Shown one piece after another: positions 19,334 through 30,919 of a stretch of DNA of 64,000 nt. Origin of the DNA: a bacterium (GTDB taxonomy: Bacteria > Patescibacteriota > Minisyncoccia > Phycocordibacterales > UBA9973); NCBI GenBank assembly GCA_027484965.1, contig JAIXRY010000015.1, positions 1,622-65,621 of the forward strand. Direction: 5' to 3'. A program made the translations under genes and the position numbers. Every line of letters begins with the position of its first letter. Within the stretch, counting starts at the first letter, position 1. The notes beneath the pieces are model-generated. The model made no database searches and was not told the DNA's origin. It saw nothing but the letters and a program-made list of their open reading frames with translations.

Positions 19334-21247
19334 ATGTCACAAAAGAAACAAAAAAATAAGAAACAAAATGTATGGATGAAATTCAGCGCACACATTACAA
19401 CGACAGTTATCATATTGCTTGCCGTTGTGGTCTTGTACAATGCAATTTCAAACAGTTTTAAACCTACAGAGAAGCTCACTCTTTCAGATGTTGCAAGTAA
19501 GGTTACAGATGCTTCAATCAAGAACATTATCGTTGATGGAGACACTCTCGACATTACACTTACAGATGATACAAAGAGGGAAGCCAAGAAAGAACCAGAC
19601 GCTTCACTTACTGAAACATTAAAAAATTATGGAGTAACTTCAGAGGCTCTCAAAAATATTCCTATCACAATCAAGTCTCCATCTGGTTTTGGAATATTCC
19701 TCCTCAATGTTCTTCCGTTTGTTATACCTTTAGTGCTTATAGGATTTCTTCTTTGGTACACACTTCGCCAAGCAAAAGGTGCAGGAATGCAAGCTATGAG
19801 TTTCGGTCAGTCACGTGCACGCATTACTGACCCAAACGATCCAAACAATCGCGTAACATTCAAAGATGTAGCTGGTAATAGAGAAGCAAAAGAAGAACTT
19901 ACTGAAATAGTAGACTTCTTGCGTAATCCAAAGAAATTCTTAGACATTGGCGCCCGTATTCCAAAAGGAGTGTTGCTTACAGGTGCTCCAGGTACAGGTA
20001 AAACACTTCTTGCTCGTGCAGCCGCAGGAGAGGCTGGTGTACCATTTTTTCATTTATCTGGTTCTGAATTTGTAGAGATGTTCGTCGGTGTTGGTGCGTC
20101 ACGTGTACGTGATCTTTTCCGCATGGCCAAGAAGGCTTCACCTGCGATTATCTTTATAGATGAGATTGATGCTGTAGGACGTGTTCGTGGCGGTGGATTT
20201 GGTGGGGGTAATGATGAACGTGAACAAACTCTCAATCAAATTTTGGTTGAGATGGATGGATTCGAACCAACAGAGAAAGTGATAGTGATGGCAGCAACAA
20301 ACAGAAGTGATGTTCTTGATCCCGCACTACTTCGTCCAGGACGTTTCGATAGAAGAGTAACTCTAGATCTTCCTGATCGTCGTGACCGCGAAGAAATTCT
20401 AAATATTCACGCAAAAGAAAAACCATTTGCAAAAGATGTGTCACTTTCTGTAATCGCAACACGCACTCCAGGATTCTCTGGTGCAGATTTGTACTCACTC
20501 ATGAATGAAGGTGCAATATTCGCAGCACGTGACAACAGAAAAGAAATTTTCCAAAATGACTTGATGCGTGCAATCGAAAAAGTAATGATTGGTCCAGAGC
20601 GAAAGAGTCACTTGATGACTGAAGTTGAGAAAAAAATTGTGGCTTACCATGAAGCAGGACATGCTCTTATATCTTCTGTGCTTCCACACGCAGATCCTGT
20701 TCACAAAGTCTCTATAATCGCACGAGGAAGCGCTGGAGGATATACATTGCATCTTCCTCTAGAAGAGAGAAAACTTCAGTCAAAACAAGAGTTTATTGAC
20801 GATTTGGCTGTATCTCTAGGTGGATACGCTGCAGAAGAATTGATTATGGGAGATATTACTACAGGCCCATCAAATGATCTTCAAGTCTCTACAAATCTTG
20901 CTCGTGCTATGGTTACAAGATGGGGTATGAGTGATCTTATTGGTCCTGTTGCACTCGAATCAAATGGAGGTAAAGTTATGTTTGGAAAAGGTGTTGATGA
21001 TGAAAAATATTCAGAGAGTATGTCAGCGAAGATTGATGGTGAAGTGTCACGTATGATGCATGATGCACTCGACACGGCACGTAAGACTATTCGCACATAT
21101 CGTGAAGCGCTCGACGCAATCGCAAACAAATTGATTGAAGTAGAAAACTTGGAACAAGATGAGTATGAAGAAATAATTTCTAAGCACGGAATCAAATTAA
21201 AAAAACTTTTAGAAAAAAAATCTGAAAAAATTATTTCTAAAAAATAA
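19334..21247 (+). CDS. ftsH: ATP-dependent zinc metalloprotease FtsH
   Basis: 2 TM helices, [30 protein letters not shown]. Confidence 0.99.
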   Translation: MSQKKQKNKKQNVWMKFSAHITTTVIILLAVVVLYNAISNSFKPTEKLTLSDVASKVTDASIKNIIVDGDTLDITLTDDTKREAKKEPDASLTETLKNYGVTSEALKNIPITIKSPSGFGIFLLNVLPFVIPLVLIGFLLWYTLRQAKGAGMQAMSFGQSRARITDPNDPNNRVTFKDVAGNREAKEELTEIVDFLRNPKKFLDIGARIPKGVLLTGAPGTGKTLLARAAAGEAGVPFFHLSGSEFVEMFVGVGASRVRDLFRMAKKASPAIIFIDEIDAVGRVRGGGFGGGNDEREQTLNQILVEMDGFEPTEKVIVMAATNRSDVLDPALLRPGRFDRRVTLDLPDRRDREEILNIHAKEKPFAKDVSLSVIATRTPGFSGADLYSLMNEGAIFAARDNRKEIFQNDLMRAIEKVMIGPERKSHLMTEVEKKIVAYHEAGHALISSVLPHADPVHKVSIIARGSAGGYTLHLPLEERKLQSKQEFIDDLAVSLGGYAAEELIMGDITTGPSNDLQVSTNLARAMVTRWGMSDLIGPVALESNGGKVMFGKGVDDEKYSESMSAKIDGEVSRMMHDALDTARKTIRTYREALDAIANKLIEVENLEQDEYEEIISKHGIKLKKLLEKKSEKIISKK

Positions 21248-21307
21248 AAATACAGTGCATAAAAAATTCCGACCATGTGGTCGGAATTTTTTATGCACTG
21301 TATTTTT
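21246..21307. terminator. Bidirectional terminator with 30-bp perfect arms
   Basis: aaaaatacagtgcataaaaaattccgacca-tg-tggtcggaattttttatgcactgtattttt. Confidence 0.85.
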
Positions 21308-21353
21308 GCAAGAGGGGAAAGTGTAAAACTTATAAATAATACAAAAAATTTAT

Positions 21354-21836
21354 TTAGTCAATTTTTATATTTTTTGCTTGACCAACACTTGCAAGTTCGC
21401 TTGTTGCAAGATCAAGGATCTCTCCATGGAAGTTCAATCCTTCTTCACAAATCATCATAAGGCTACTATTGTCAATACCTTGCGCACATCCATTAAGTAA
21501 TGCAAAATGCACAATCGCAGCACCTTCGAAGAAGCCACTCCACTCCATAATCTCAGTTGCATTTTCCCATTCATCACCCACATATAAGTCACGCATTTTT
21601 GTGAGTTTTTCGACTGTTTTTCCTTGTTTTGTAAGGGTTATTTCAGATACTCCACTTTCTTCCACAAACTTTTTTAGCGCTTCTAAGTGGGCGTTATTTG
21701 TGTCTATATAGCTTGTCACTTGTTCTGCTCCAAGAGTGTTTGTGAGAGTGAGTGACGCTCTCTTCCAAGTGTCGATTCCTACCTCACAAAACGCTAATAC
21801 TTCACCAATTTTTTTTGCTGTAAATTCATTAATCAT
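21354..21836 (-). CDS. Hypothetical helical protein, possibly ferritin-like fold
   Basis: 160-aa ORF from MINEF; spaced E/H residues (NAHLEAL, FFEGAAIVH, NFHGE). Confidence 0.6.
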   Translation of the reverse strand: MINEFTAKKIGEVLAFCEVGIDTWKRASLTLTNTLGAEQVTSYIDTNNAHLEALKKFVEESGVSEITLTKQGKTVEKLTKMRDLYVGDEWENATEIMEWSGFFEGAAIVHFALLNGCAQGIDNSSLMMICEEGLNFHGEILDLATSELASVGQAKNIKID

Positions 21837-21961
21837 ACATAGAGTATACATGCACAGTACGTATGTACGTCAAGTGGATAAATATCTTTATAAAATAAAG
21901 GTTTTATCCACATATAAACACAGAAAATATAGATAAATTTTGTTAAAATAATAAGAGTCAT

Positions 21962-24900
21962 ATGCAGAGTGGCTACACCAAAAACTTACGCGCATTTTTG
22001 CGGAAGAACAGCATCATTTTGTCGCTGGTATTTTTTGCTTTGTTTGGTACTGGTGTAAGTCTTTTTGCTGCTGCTCCAGATACTGAGCCATATCAACCAG
22101 GAGAGACTCTTGACCCCACATGTATTCCAGGTTCTTCAGTAAACTGTACAGTTCGAATATTACCTTCTCAAATTGGTAATGCTGGTAAATTTTTGACTAC
22201 AAACGGAACAACAACATCTTGGGCTTCAGTTCTCACTTCTCCATCTTTTTCTGATGTTACCCTTACAGGTAACACTACATTTCCATCCCTTTCAACTGCT
22301 GGGGGAATATTATACACAGATGGTTCTGGCGTTCTTGCTCAGTCTGCTGCAGGTATTGCTGGCCAAGCAGTTATTTCTGGGGGCGCTACTGGTCCAACAT
22401 ATTTTGCTCCAACATTAGGTTCAATACTTTTTGCTGGAACATCTGGAATTCTTTCTGAAAATAATTCAAATTTCTTTTGGGATAATACGAACAACAGACT
22501 AGGTCTTGGTACAAATACTCCAGTAACATTACTTAATATCGGGACAGGTACACCTACAACAGCTTCTAGTGGAATTCAGTTTGGTACAGATGTGCTTGCA
22601 AACCTATATCGTAACGATACAGGGAATATTAAAACAGATGGTGTTTTGAATGTGGGCGACCAATTGAACGTGGGGAACAGTTTAGATCTTACAGGTAATC
22701 TCTATTCTAGAGGCGATCTAAGACTTTTGAATAAAGCTGAAAATGGTTGGATTAGTTTTGCTACTCGCAACACTGCTGGACCAGAAGCTCTATATGACTT
22801 ATCAAATATTGGAACATTGTTTGCTAACCAAATTAATTCTTCTGGAACTATTAGTGCAACACTACCTTCAGGCTCATTTGGTACTATCGCTTCTTTTGGA
22901 GCAAATGGTGCTGCTGGTCTTATAAATATCGGATATGAAGATGGTAGTGGAATTAGTAGTATTACCGGCTCTGGTTTCGGACCTTTCCAAGTCGCTTCAT
23001 CTGCGAATAATAATATTATTATCAATCCAGGTAGTGGTAATGTGGGAATCGGAGCAGTGAGTCCTACTCAAAAATTGGAGGTGAATGGAAATATATTGGT
23101 AGGTGGCAGTAATGCATATTTGTATTTTAGAGATGAATATAATTACATTAAAAATGCTGATGGATTACCTGTAGATGTAAAAGGTCATCATGGAGTGCGC
23201 GCATACAATGATCTTGGGGAAGTTGCACGTTTTGGTACAGCGAGTGATTCTTTGAATTCTTACTTTAATGGAAATGTCGGTATTGGTTCTGTTACACCTT
23301 CCGCAAGACTTGAAGTTAAATCAGAATTAAATACAGACAGTGTTATTGCTATTAATACAAATTCTGTAGATTTTGATTCATACCTTTCACTTCAAGAAGC
23401 TGGTGTTGAAAAATGGAAATTCCGCAATCAAGGTGATAGTGGAGATAAGCTTCGTATTGGAAGTGCTACAAACCCTCTAGCAATTTCTGTTTCTCAAATG
23501 GGACAAATAAGTTTGGGTTCAACAACAGCTAGTGCTTGGTTGTATCTTCCAGCAAGTACTGGAGCTGGTCAAACTGCGCCACTTAAATTCACAGCAGGGA
23601 CAAATATTATATCTCCAGAAACAGGTGCTGTAGAATATGATGGTACTCAGCTATTTTTTACTCCAGCTTCTACTCGTAATATTTTGGCGCAAGTGTCAGG
23701 ATCTACAGCTCTTACTTCAGGATCTATTCCTTTTGCAACAACTTCAGGATATCTCACACAAGATAATTCAAATTTCTTCTGGGACGATACTAATAACAGA
23801 TTAGGTATTGGTACAGCGAGTCCAGCAACAGCATTGGATGTAAATGGTGTTGTTAAAGCCTCATTTCTAAGAGCAGATTATTTAAATACAACAAATAATG
23901 GAGCAACTATTATAGGTAATTTTACAAGTGAAAACCGTATTTATGACCAAGCTGGTACATGGTTAATGACTTTAAAATCAGGTAACGTCGGTATTGGTAC
24001 AACTAATCCAGGTTATAGATTAGATATTCTAGGTTCTAGTACGTCTGGTGTCTCTGCTTCAACTCAAATTCTCGGTGGAACAGGAACAAGTGCTGGTGGT
24101 CTTAGATTAGGTGCTTGGAGTGCTTCATACGGAGGATTTTGGTCTGCGAGTGTAATACCTTCATCTACTAACTATGCTCTTATTTCAAATGGTGCTGATA
24201 CAGCATTAAACACTACTTCAACTGGAGGAATTTATATAAACAATAGTACACAAGCTTTAGGGTGGAATATTAACGGAGTTTCAATCGGAGCAGCCGCTAC
24301 TAGTCAAGGACAGCTTGCTGTTATAAATCAAAATAATTCTCGTGTAGCTCTTGTAGTAAGAGCTACCACTTCTCAAACCGCAAATCTTACACAATGGCAA
24401 GATAATACAGGTGTTGTATTGGCTAGAATAGCTTCTAATGGTGCATTAAGTGTAGGTACAACTAACACCTCTGACCTGTATGGTGATTGGGGAGGTGCTG
24501 CTGAAATTCCAGCTGGTGCAGCCAATAGTTCTTCTAATGGTGGAATGTCTCTTTTTGCTGGGGGCACTACTCCTGGAACGAATAAAGCGGGTATTTACTA
24601 TTATCAAGGGGGTACACAATGGCGTTCAGCTGCAGAAGTTTCTAACACAACAAGCGGTTTTGGAAACCTTTTGCTTATGAAGTCTGGCGGTAACGTTGGT
24701 ATTGGTACAACAAGTCCAACCGCAAGACTAAATATTGTTGGAAATATTTTAGGACAAAGCTCTCTAACAGATGCAACAGCTAAAGACTTTTCTATAACTA
24801 CTGGACATCATACAAATTCAGAAGAATCTTTAGCGATGATTTCTGGTATTTCAAATGCTACACAAAATATTATATATTTAGGAGGTGGAAGTTCTTCTAA

Positions 24901-27900
24901 TAATACAGCTACTGATGTTCGTTTCTTTACAGCTGCAAACAACACAACAACTACAGGGACAGAAAGAATGAGAATATTATCAAATGGTAATGTCGGTATT
25001 GGAACAACAAATCCAGGATTCCCATTAGAAGTAGCGTCTAGTGGTACCAATGATACTGCAAGATTTTATGGGAATAGTGGTACAGCTCTTGTGTATGTTG
25101 GAGTAAACGGAACACTGGCTAGTGTAAGTGGTCAGTATAGAATTTATGCAAATAGTGGTATTCCTCTAACTCTAGGTGCTAACGGTATTCATAGTCAAAT
25201 GTTTATAAGTACTGCAGGCAATGTCGGTATAGGAACTACAAGTCCAGTAGGAAAACTAGATGTATCTGCTGGTCTTGGTTCTCAAACAGCTGGAGATTTT
25301 GTTGTAGATACTGCAAATAATATCGTGTATGTTGGTAAACTCGATAGTGTTTCAGGTAATACAAACTTTATCTTTAGAGATAGGTTGGGTGGTGTGAAAT
25401 CACGTTGGGAAAACGCAGGTTCTGGAAGTATTGGATTTTCTAATTTTAGTAACGGCTTTGGTGTAAGTATCGGTCCAACAATATCAGGTTCTATAGGGTC
25501 TATTGGAACAATGCTGTTAGTTCAAAATGCGAATGCTGGTTCTACTAATCCAACAGCGATATTTAGACAAGGCACAACTCAAACAGGTGACTTAATGCAA
25601 TGGCAAAATAGCGCAGGAACTGTTCTTGCTGAAATAGATGTTAATGGTTCTATGATAAACGACTCACTTTTCAGTCTTACTCATAATGCAACATCAAGAA
25701 CAGCAGTTGAAATTACAAAATCAAACGATGATGGTATATTAAATATTTATCGTGATGGTTCTATTGATACAAAAATTCAAGGTAATGGTAATTCATACTT
25801 TGCAAGTCTTAGTGGTGCTTTTGTAGGTATTGGTACTTCAAGTCCTTCTTATCCTCTTGATGTTACCGTTCCTACATCTGGTAGTTTTGCTCAAAGAATT
25901 ACTCGAAACACAGCAGCAACAACAAACTTTAATTCAACAAACATTCTAGTTTCAAGATCAACAGGAGACGCTGCTGACGGATTTGGAGGAGGTTCTGTAT
26001 ATGCTCTATCAGACAACACAGTAGGAGATACATTTCTGGGTTCTGTTGGTGCTGTGAGGGACGGCGCTGATAATTCTGGCGCTTTGGTTTTTAATACATA
26101 TATAACTGGTAGTTTCAATGAAAGAATGAGAATTACTTCATCAGGTCTTGTGTCTATTGGTGTAAACTCTGGTATAGCTCGATTGGGGGTAGTGAATGCT
26201 AATGCTGGAGGTGTTGCTATGATTGTAAGAGGAGCAGCTTCACAGTCTGCAAACTTAGTTCAATTTCAAGACGCTACTGGTACTGTTTTAAGTCGTGTAG
26301 CAGCGGATGGAAGTCTCCTTGTGAGAGAAGATTATACAACAGGTGCTGCTGTTTTAATGACATTTGCTGGAAATAGAGCTACTTATGGTATTGACTCTAA
26401 TTCAGATTTTTATATTGATACATCTGCTGCTAGAGGTACAGCAATAAAATCAGGTGGTGTAACAACATTGTATACATCATCTAATTCTACAGGAAACAAT
26501 ATAACTATTGGTTCAAATACTTCTATTGCTAAGTTTGGAGTTATAAACTCTAATGCTAGTACTGTTGCTTCTGTAATTCGTGGTACTACTTCTCAATCAG
26601 CAGATTTAACACAATGGCAAGATAACTCGGCTACAGTTTTAGGCGCAATTAAATCTAGTGGCGCAATGGTTATTGGTAATAGTGGTGCTCAAATTGGGTC
26701 TGTACCGCTCTCTGTTGTTGGTTCAGGGACAGATGCTTATATAGCAATGAAACCAGTAGGACAATCAGGATTTGGTTTTACCTTTGGTACACCTTCTGCA
26801 CAAAACTCTGAATTATGGAATTACGGAACTGGATTTATGCGTTTTGCAACAAACAATGCAGAATATATGAGAATTGTCTCAACTGGGGATGTAGGTGTCG
26901 GTACATCTACCCCTCTTACAGTAAACGGTATTTCTGTTGCAGGCGAGAGAGTATTAAATGTAAACGGTTCTGGTGGTACAAGACTCGCAGTACAGAGTGC
27001 GTCAGGTTCTAGTTTGGACTTCGTAAATACTGGAAACTCTACAAATGCAAAATGGGCATTATTCCAAAATCTTTCAAATAACTTCATTATTAAGTCTCAC
27101 ACTGACGCAGGTTCTACTCGCTTTACTTTCTTAACTGCTGATTTGACTACTGGCAATCTTACTGTGGGAAATTCTGGAATGGCAAAAACTTTGTCTTTAC
27201 AATCTGACAGAGCTAATATTATTGTAAGAGGTTCTACAGACGGAGGGACAGGTCCATTTATAGATTATGATATAAACTCAAGCTCTACAGCAGGTACTAC
27301 TTTTGCTCGTATTTCAAATGGTACACTGTCTGGCGCTACTTCAGGAACAAATATTGCTGTGGCGATGTCTCCAACATTTAATCCAGCTGCAGGAACAGGT
27401 GTGTTTAGAACTCTTGATATAAACTACACCACCAATGCAAGTGGCGCTCAAGGTGGTTCAATGACTGGGCTTCGTGTGAATAGAAATGTTCAAGGTGGCT
27501 CTACTGCATTTACTACAGACATGCTTGCAGATTTCCAAGCAGGAGGTCTCTCTCAATTTTCTGTGAGAGCTGATGGTGTAGTTACTATTGGGTCGTCTGG
27601 ATATTTAGTAACTCCAACAATATTTTCTGGTGGAGGAGGAACAACAGCGTTTGGTAATAGAGTATTGGTCGGTACTACTGGAACCACTACTGCACAACTA
27701 GAAACTAGGGCTGCATCTGCAACTACTGTTCCTTTGTTTGTAAGAGGTGCGTCTTCACAAACAGCAGACCTTCAGCAATGGCAAAGTAGCGACAGTACAA
27801 GATTGTTGTCAGTAAATAGTGCTGGTAATATCGTTATGCAAGCCACTTCAGACAAATACATATATGGTGGACCTGCAAGTGGAAACTATATCAATATGTA

Positions 27901-30052
27901 TAATTCATCAACAGGAAGAATACATTTAAAGGGATTAGGTACAGCTGGAGCTCAAATAGAGGGTGCTTTGGTTGTAGAAGGGGCTCTTAGCTTTAATGGT
28001 AATCTATCTCTTGCTAGTAATAGTATTTTAGGTACAAGTAATTCTGAAATACGTTTATATGACGGATCAACAGGTAATATTCAATTGCGAGCTGGTACTG
28101 GCTCAGTTGGTATATCACAAATTTCATTTTGGACCGGAACTACTCCTACAGAAAGAATGAAAATTGATAGTAGTGGTAATGTCGGTATTGGTACAACGAG
28201 CCCATCTGCTAGACTTCAAGTTAACTCAACTTCATCAGCTGTAGATCCACAGGTGATTGATATATCTACTGGTGGTTATGCTTCCAGTACTAATCATAAT
28301 GGACTAGTTTTGCAAAACAGTAATACAGCTACAAACAACAATCAACAATACGCACCGAGTATAGTATTTAGTGGTAATACTTGGTCTACTAATTCTTCGA
28401 CTGCGAACAATTCAAAATTAAGAATTGCACAGACTGGTGGTCAGACTTTTGCGCAAGGCAGGTCTTATCTGAGTTTTCAAAATAATGAAAACAATGGTGG
28501 TTGGAATACAATGATGCACCTAACTCCAGATACAGGATTGTTTGTAGGAGGTACAAATGGTATGGGAAATATTACTTCTTTAAACCTAACATTAGGTCCA
28601 AAATCTTCTTCAGGTACAATTGCTCAAGGTTCTATGATTTTTATGAGAATTGCATCAAACTTTAATCCGACATCAGGTACGGCAAATGCTTCAAACATTG
28701 ATACTACAGGTCTAGGATTTAATCCATCTTCAGGAAATGCAGAATTCAATGGGTACGCATATAGCATGTTAATAAGTCAAACAGGTAGTGCGGCTGGCAT
28801 CACTCGTGGAATGTATATTAATCCTAATTTGGCATCAGCAGCAGATTTCCGAGCAATAGAGATATCAAACAATAGTCATTATGGAATATATCAAAGTGGT
28901 GCAAGTGCAAAAAACTATTTCAATGGGAACGTCGGTATTGGAACAACATCTCCAGCAGAAAGATTTCATGTGTCAGGAAGTGATACTAGTGGTAGTGGGA
29001 TTGTCGCATTGGTTGAAAATACTGCAACAACAGGATCACCTTATGCTACCTTTAGAATGAAGTCATCTAATACGGTTTATGGGCAGTTCTTTGGCGGTGC
29101 TGTAAATGATCCTTATGGAATTGTAAATGGTATAACAATGACTCCAGGAACAAGTACTCAAGATATTGGTTTTCGAACTGGTAATCAGGTTACAGGTGGC
29201 GGAAATGGACCTTCAATGATTATTAAAGATAGTGGTAATGTAGGTATTGGGACAAAAGCACCAGGATACAAATTGGAAGTAGGTAGTGCAAGTGTGACTG
29301 GGATAGTGTCTCGATTTGTAAACTCTACTGGTACTTGTGATATTAATCCTACAACCACATCACTCTCTTGTTCTTCAGACCAAAATCTTAAGAAAAATAT
29401 TACTTCACTTTCAGATGAATTATTAACAAAAGTTATTTCACTTAGACCTGTAACTTATAATTGGAATAGTGAGACTACAGAGACTGTTGGTCATATTGGA
29501 TTTATAGCTCAAGAAGTTGAACAGATATTCCCAGATTTGGTGTCTACCGATTCTGTCTCAGGATTAAAATCCTTAAATTATATTGGCTTTATTCCTTACA
29601 TAACAAAAGCTGTTATAGAGCAAAATATAAAAGTATCACTCCTTGAAGATAGGGTTAAGGCTTTGGAAGATAAAATCAACGGAACAAATGGTTTAATTGG
29701 TGGAATTGTTAGCGATGTAAAAGATATGGTTGTGAGTACTTTGAAAGTTGGAACACCAGAAAAGAGAACTGGTATTACAATATACGACGAATCGACAGGT
29801 GATCCTTTCTGTATAAAAGTTGTAAACGGAAATATGCAAACAGTTCCAGGTGAATGTGCTGTAGTAAGTGCTCAAACACAAACAGTTCTTCCTGAAAATA
29901 GTCAAAACCAAAATATAAATGAAGAACTAATAAATGACTCTTCAAAAAATACAGACACAGCAGAAAAGATGATAACAGAAGACCAAACAACAGATCTGAC
30001 GGTTGAACCAATAATAGAAATACCTCAAACAGAAGAAATTGCCACAGAATAA
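21962..30052 (+). CDS. Giant secreted fibre/adhesin-like protein with C-terminal peptidase S74 intramolecular chaperone
   Basis: Signal-like N-terminus; many GNVGIGTTxP repeats; SSDQNLKKNI..LRPVTYNW..GFIAQEVEQIFPDLV followed by coiled coil. Confidence 0.88.
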   Translation: MQSGYTKNLRAFLRKNSIILSLVFFALFGTGVSLFAAAPDTEPYQPGETLDPTCIPGSSVNCTVRILPSQIGNAGKFLTTNGTTTSWASVLTSPSFSDVTLTGNTTFPSLSTAGGILYTDGSGVLAQSAAGIAGQAVISGGATGPTYFAPTLGSILFAGTSGILSENNSNFFWDNTNNRLGLGTNTPVTLLNIGTGTPTTASSGIQFGTDVLANLYRNDTGNIKTDGVLNVGDQLNVGNSLDLTGNLYSRGDLRLLNKAENGWISFATRNTAGPEALYDLSNIGTLFANQINSSGTISATLPSGSFGTIASFGANGAAGLINIGYEDGSGISSITGSGFGPFQVASSANNNIIINPGSGNVGIGAVSPTQKLEVNGNILVGGSNAYLYFRDEYNYIKNADGLPVDVKGHHGVRAYNDLGEVARFGTASDSLNSYFNGNVGIGSVTPSARLEVKSELNTDSVIAINTNSVDFDSYLSLQEAGVEKWKFRNQGDSGDKLRIGSATNPLAISVSQMGQISLGSTTASAWLYLPASTGAGQTAPLKFTAGTNIISPETGAVEYDGTQLFFTPASTRNILAQVSGSTALTSGSIPFATTSGYLTQDNSNFFWDDTNNRLGIGTASPATALDVNGVVKASFLRADYLNTTNNGATIIGNFTSENRIYDQAGTWLMTLKSGNVGIGTTNPGYRLDILGSSTSGVSASTQILGGTGTSAGGLRLGAWSASYGGFWSASVIPSSTNYALISNGADTALNTTSTGGIYINNSTQALGWNINGVSIGAAATSQGQLAVINQNNSRVALVVRATTSQTANLTQWQDNTGVVLARIASNGALSVGTTNTSDLYGDWGGAAEIPAGAANSSSNGGMSLFAGGTTPGTNKAGIYYYQGGTQWRSAAEVSNTTSGFGNLLLMKSGGNVGIGTTSPTARLNIVGNILGQSSLTDATAKDFSITTGHHTNSEESLAMISGISNATQNIIYLGGGSSSNNTATDVRFFTAANNTTTTGTERMRILSNGNVGIGTTNPGFPLEVASSGTNDTARFYGNSGTALVYVGVNGTLASVSGQYRIYANSGIPLTLGANGIHSQMFISTAGNVGIGTTSPVGKLDVSAGLGSQTAGDFVVDTANNIVYVGKLDSVSGNTNFIFRDRLGGVKSRWENAGSGSIGFSNFSNGFGVSIGPTISGSIGSIGTMLLVQNANAGSTNPTAIFRQGTTQTGDLMQWQNSAGTVLAEIDVNGSMINDSLFSLTHNATSRTAVEITKSNDDGILNIYRDGSIDTKIQGNGNSYFASLSGAFVGIGTSSPSYPLDVTVPTSGSFAQRITRNTAATTNFNSTNILVSRSTGDAADGFGGGSVYALSDNTVGDTFLGSVGAVRDGADNSGALVFNTYITGSFNERMRITSSGLVSIGVNSGIARLGVVNANAGGVAMIVRGAASQSANLVQFQDATGTVLSRVAADGSLLVREDYTTGAAVLMTFAGNRATYGIDSNSDFYIDTSAARGTAIKSGGVTTLYTSSNSTGNNITIGSNTSIAKFGVINSNASTVASVIRGTTSQSADLTQWQDNSATVLGAIKSSGAMVIGNSGAQIGSVPLSVVGSGTDAYIAMKPVGQSGFGFTFGTPSAQNSELWNYGTGFMRFATNNAEYMRIVSTGDVGVGTSTPLTVNGISVAGERVLNVNGSGGTRLAVQSASGSSLDFVNTGNSTNAKWALFQNLSNNFIIKSHTDAGSTRFTFLTADLTTGNLTVGNSGMAKTLSLQSDRANIIVRGSTDGGTGPFIDYDINSSSTAGTTFARISNGTLSGATSGTNIAVAMSPTFNPAAGTGVFRTLDINYTTNASGAQGGSMTGLRVNRNVQGGSTAFTTDMLADFQAGGLSQFSVRADGVVTIGSSGYLVTPTIFSGGGGTTAFGNRVLVGTTGTTTAQLETRAASATTVPLFVRGASSQTADLQQWQSSDSTRLLSVNSAGNIVMQATSDKYIYGGPASGNYINMYNSSTGRIHLKGLGTAGAQIEGALVVEGALSFNGNLSLASNSILGTSNSEIRLYDGSTGNIQLRAGTGSVGISQISFWTGTTPTERMKIDSSGNVGIGTTSPSARLQVNSTSSAVDPQVIDISTGGYASSTNHNGLVLQNSNTATNNNQQYAPSIVFSGNTWSTNSSTANNSKLRIAQTGGQTFAQGRSYLSFQNNENNGGWNTMMHLTPDTGLFVGGTNGMGNITSLNLTLGPKSSSGTIAQGSMIFMRIASNFNPTSGTANASNIDTTGLGFNPSSGNAEFNGYAYSMLISQTGSAAGITRGMYINPNLASAADFRAIEISNNSHYGIYQSGASAKNYFNGNVGIGTTSPAERFHVSGSDTSGSGIVALVENTATTGSPYATFRMKSSNTVYGQFFGGAVNDPYGIVNGITMTPGTSTQDIGFRTGNQVTGGGNGPSMIIKDSGNVGIGTKAPGYKLEVGSASVTGIVSRFVNSTGTCDINPTTTSLSCSSDQNLKKNITSLSDELLTKVISLRPVTYNWNSETTETVGHIGFIAQEVEQIFPDLVSTDSVSGLKSLNYIGFIPYITKAVIEQNIKVSLLEDRVKALEDKINGTNGLIGGIVSDVKDMVVSTLKVGTPEKRTGITIYDESTGDPFCIKVVNGNMQTVPGECAVVSAQTQTVLPENSQNQNINEELINDSSKNTDTAEKMITEDQTTDLTVEPIIEIPQTEEIATE

Positions 30053-30094
30053 AAATAACTAGAGATAGTTATTTTTATTTGTTATAATTATTTT

Positions 30095-30688
30095 ATGAAA
30101 AAAGGTTTTACCCTTCTCGAGCTCCTCATTGTTATAGCAATCATAGGAGTACTCTCATCTATAGTTCTTGTAAGTTTGGGTAATTCCCGCGCAAAAGCCG
30201 ATACTGCTTTTGTAAAACAACAAGCAGATCAGATTAAAAAACAAATGGAATTATATTATCAACAATATGGTAATTATGGTTATTATGCTACCAACATGAA
30301 TATTCGTGGTGGGTATCAACCAGCAGGATATGCAGGATACGTCAATTTTCCAGGTGGCGCAGGGGATTGCTACGCCCCCTTTGCAAGACAAACTGTATCT
30401 GATACTCCGGGGACAATTAGTTATCAGATTGCTTTGATGGTTGGTAAAGCAATGCAAAAAACAAGTGATAATGTATTTTGGTGTTATATTTCACCAGACC
30501 AACAATCATACGCTTTTGCTTTTGTTGGTATGAAGACTGGTCCTAATACTTATTGTATTGATTCTAGTGGTAATGTTAAGGAGTCTAATACTGCAAATCT
30601 AACAACTCCTATAGGAAGCGTCATTGGTGGAACTTTGCAACGAGTTACGAATGCTGCATTACTAACTTCACCTGTGTCTTGTTTGTAA
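30095..30688 (+). CDS. Type IV pilin-like protein 1
   Basis: Class III signal peptide KKG/FTLLELLIVIAIIG; Cys-rich C-terminal domain. Confidence 0.92.
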   Translation: MKKGFTLLELLIVIAIIGVLSSIVLVSLGNSRAKADTAFVKQQADQIKKQMELYYQQYGNYGYYATNMNIRGGYQPAGYAGYVNFPGGAGDCYAPFARQTVSDTPGTISYQIALMVGKAMQKTSDNVFWCYISPDQQSYAFAFVGMKTGPNTYCIDSSGNVKESNTANLTTPIGSVIGGTLQRVTNAALLTSPVSCL

Positions 30689-30712
30689 TTTAAACCTATA
30701 CACTCTGGGTAT

Positions 30713-30766
30713 GCGGACATTAATTAAAAAACCTCCTTTTGTGGAGGTTTTTTAATTAATGTCCGC
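30713..30766. terminator. 24-bp perfect inverted repeat ending in a tRNA-Ile 3'-end copy
   Basis: gcggacattaattaaaaaacctcc-ttttgt-ggaggttttttaattaatgtccgc. Confidence 0.8.
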
Positions 30767-30905
30767 CCTCTTGGATTCGCCCGCGACTAATTAGTTTGCA
30801 AACTAATTGTCTGGGCACCAGCTCGTCTATTTTTCTGCTGAAAAATATGACTCCGCTGTTCGAAACCAAACGTACATGAAGCAGTTTATGTACTTAGGGC
30901 GAACC
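30761..30905 (+). repeat. tRNA-3'-mimic structured element, tRNA-Ile copy
   Basis: gtccgccctcttggattcg (identical to 32412-32430), two hairpins, ttcgaaaccaa, ACGTacatgaaGCAGtttatgtACT, tagggcgaacc. Confidence 0.85.
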
Positions 30906-30919
30906 CTCGTTTCACTCGT

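Noticed and set aside
21962-30052. Prophage, suggested by the tail-fibre-like S74 protein
   Set aside because: It has a signal-like N-terminus, and no terminase, capsid or other phage genes are present.
30761-30779. 19-bp tRNA-Ile duplication as the attL of a tyrosine-integrase island
   Set aside because: It is better explained as the arm of the tRNA-mimic element; the in-frame tail and the +5 motif place the island boundary at 30920.
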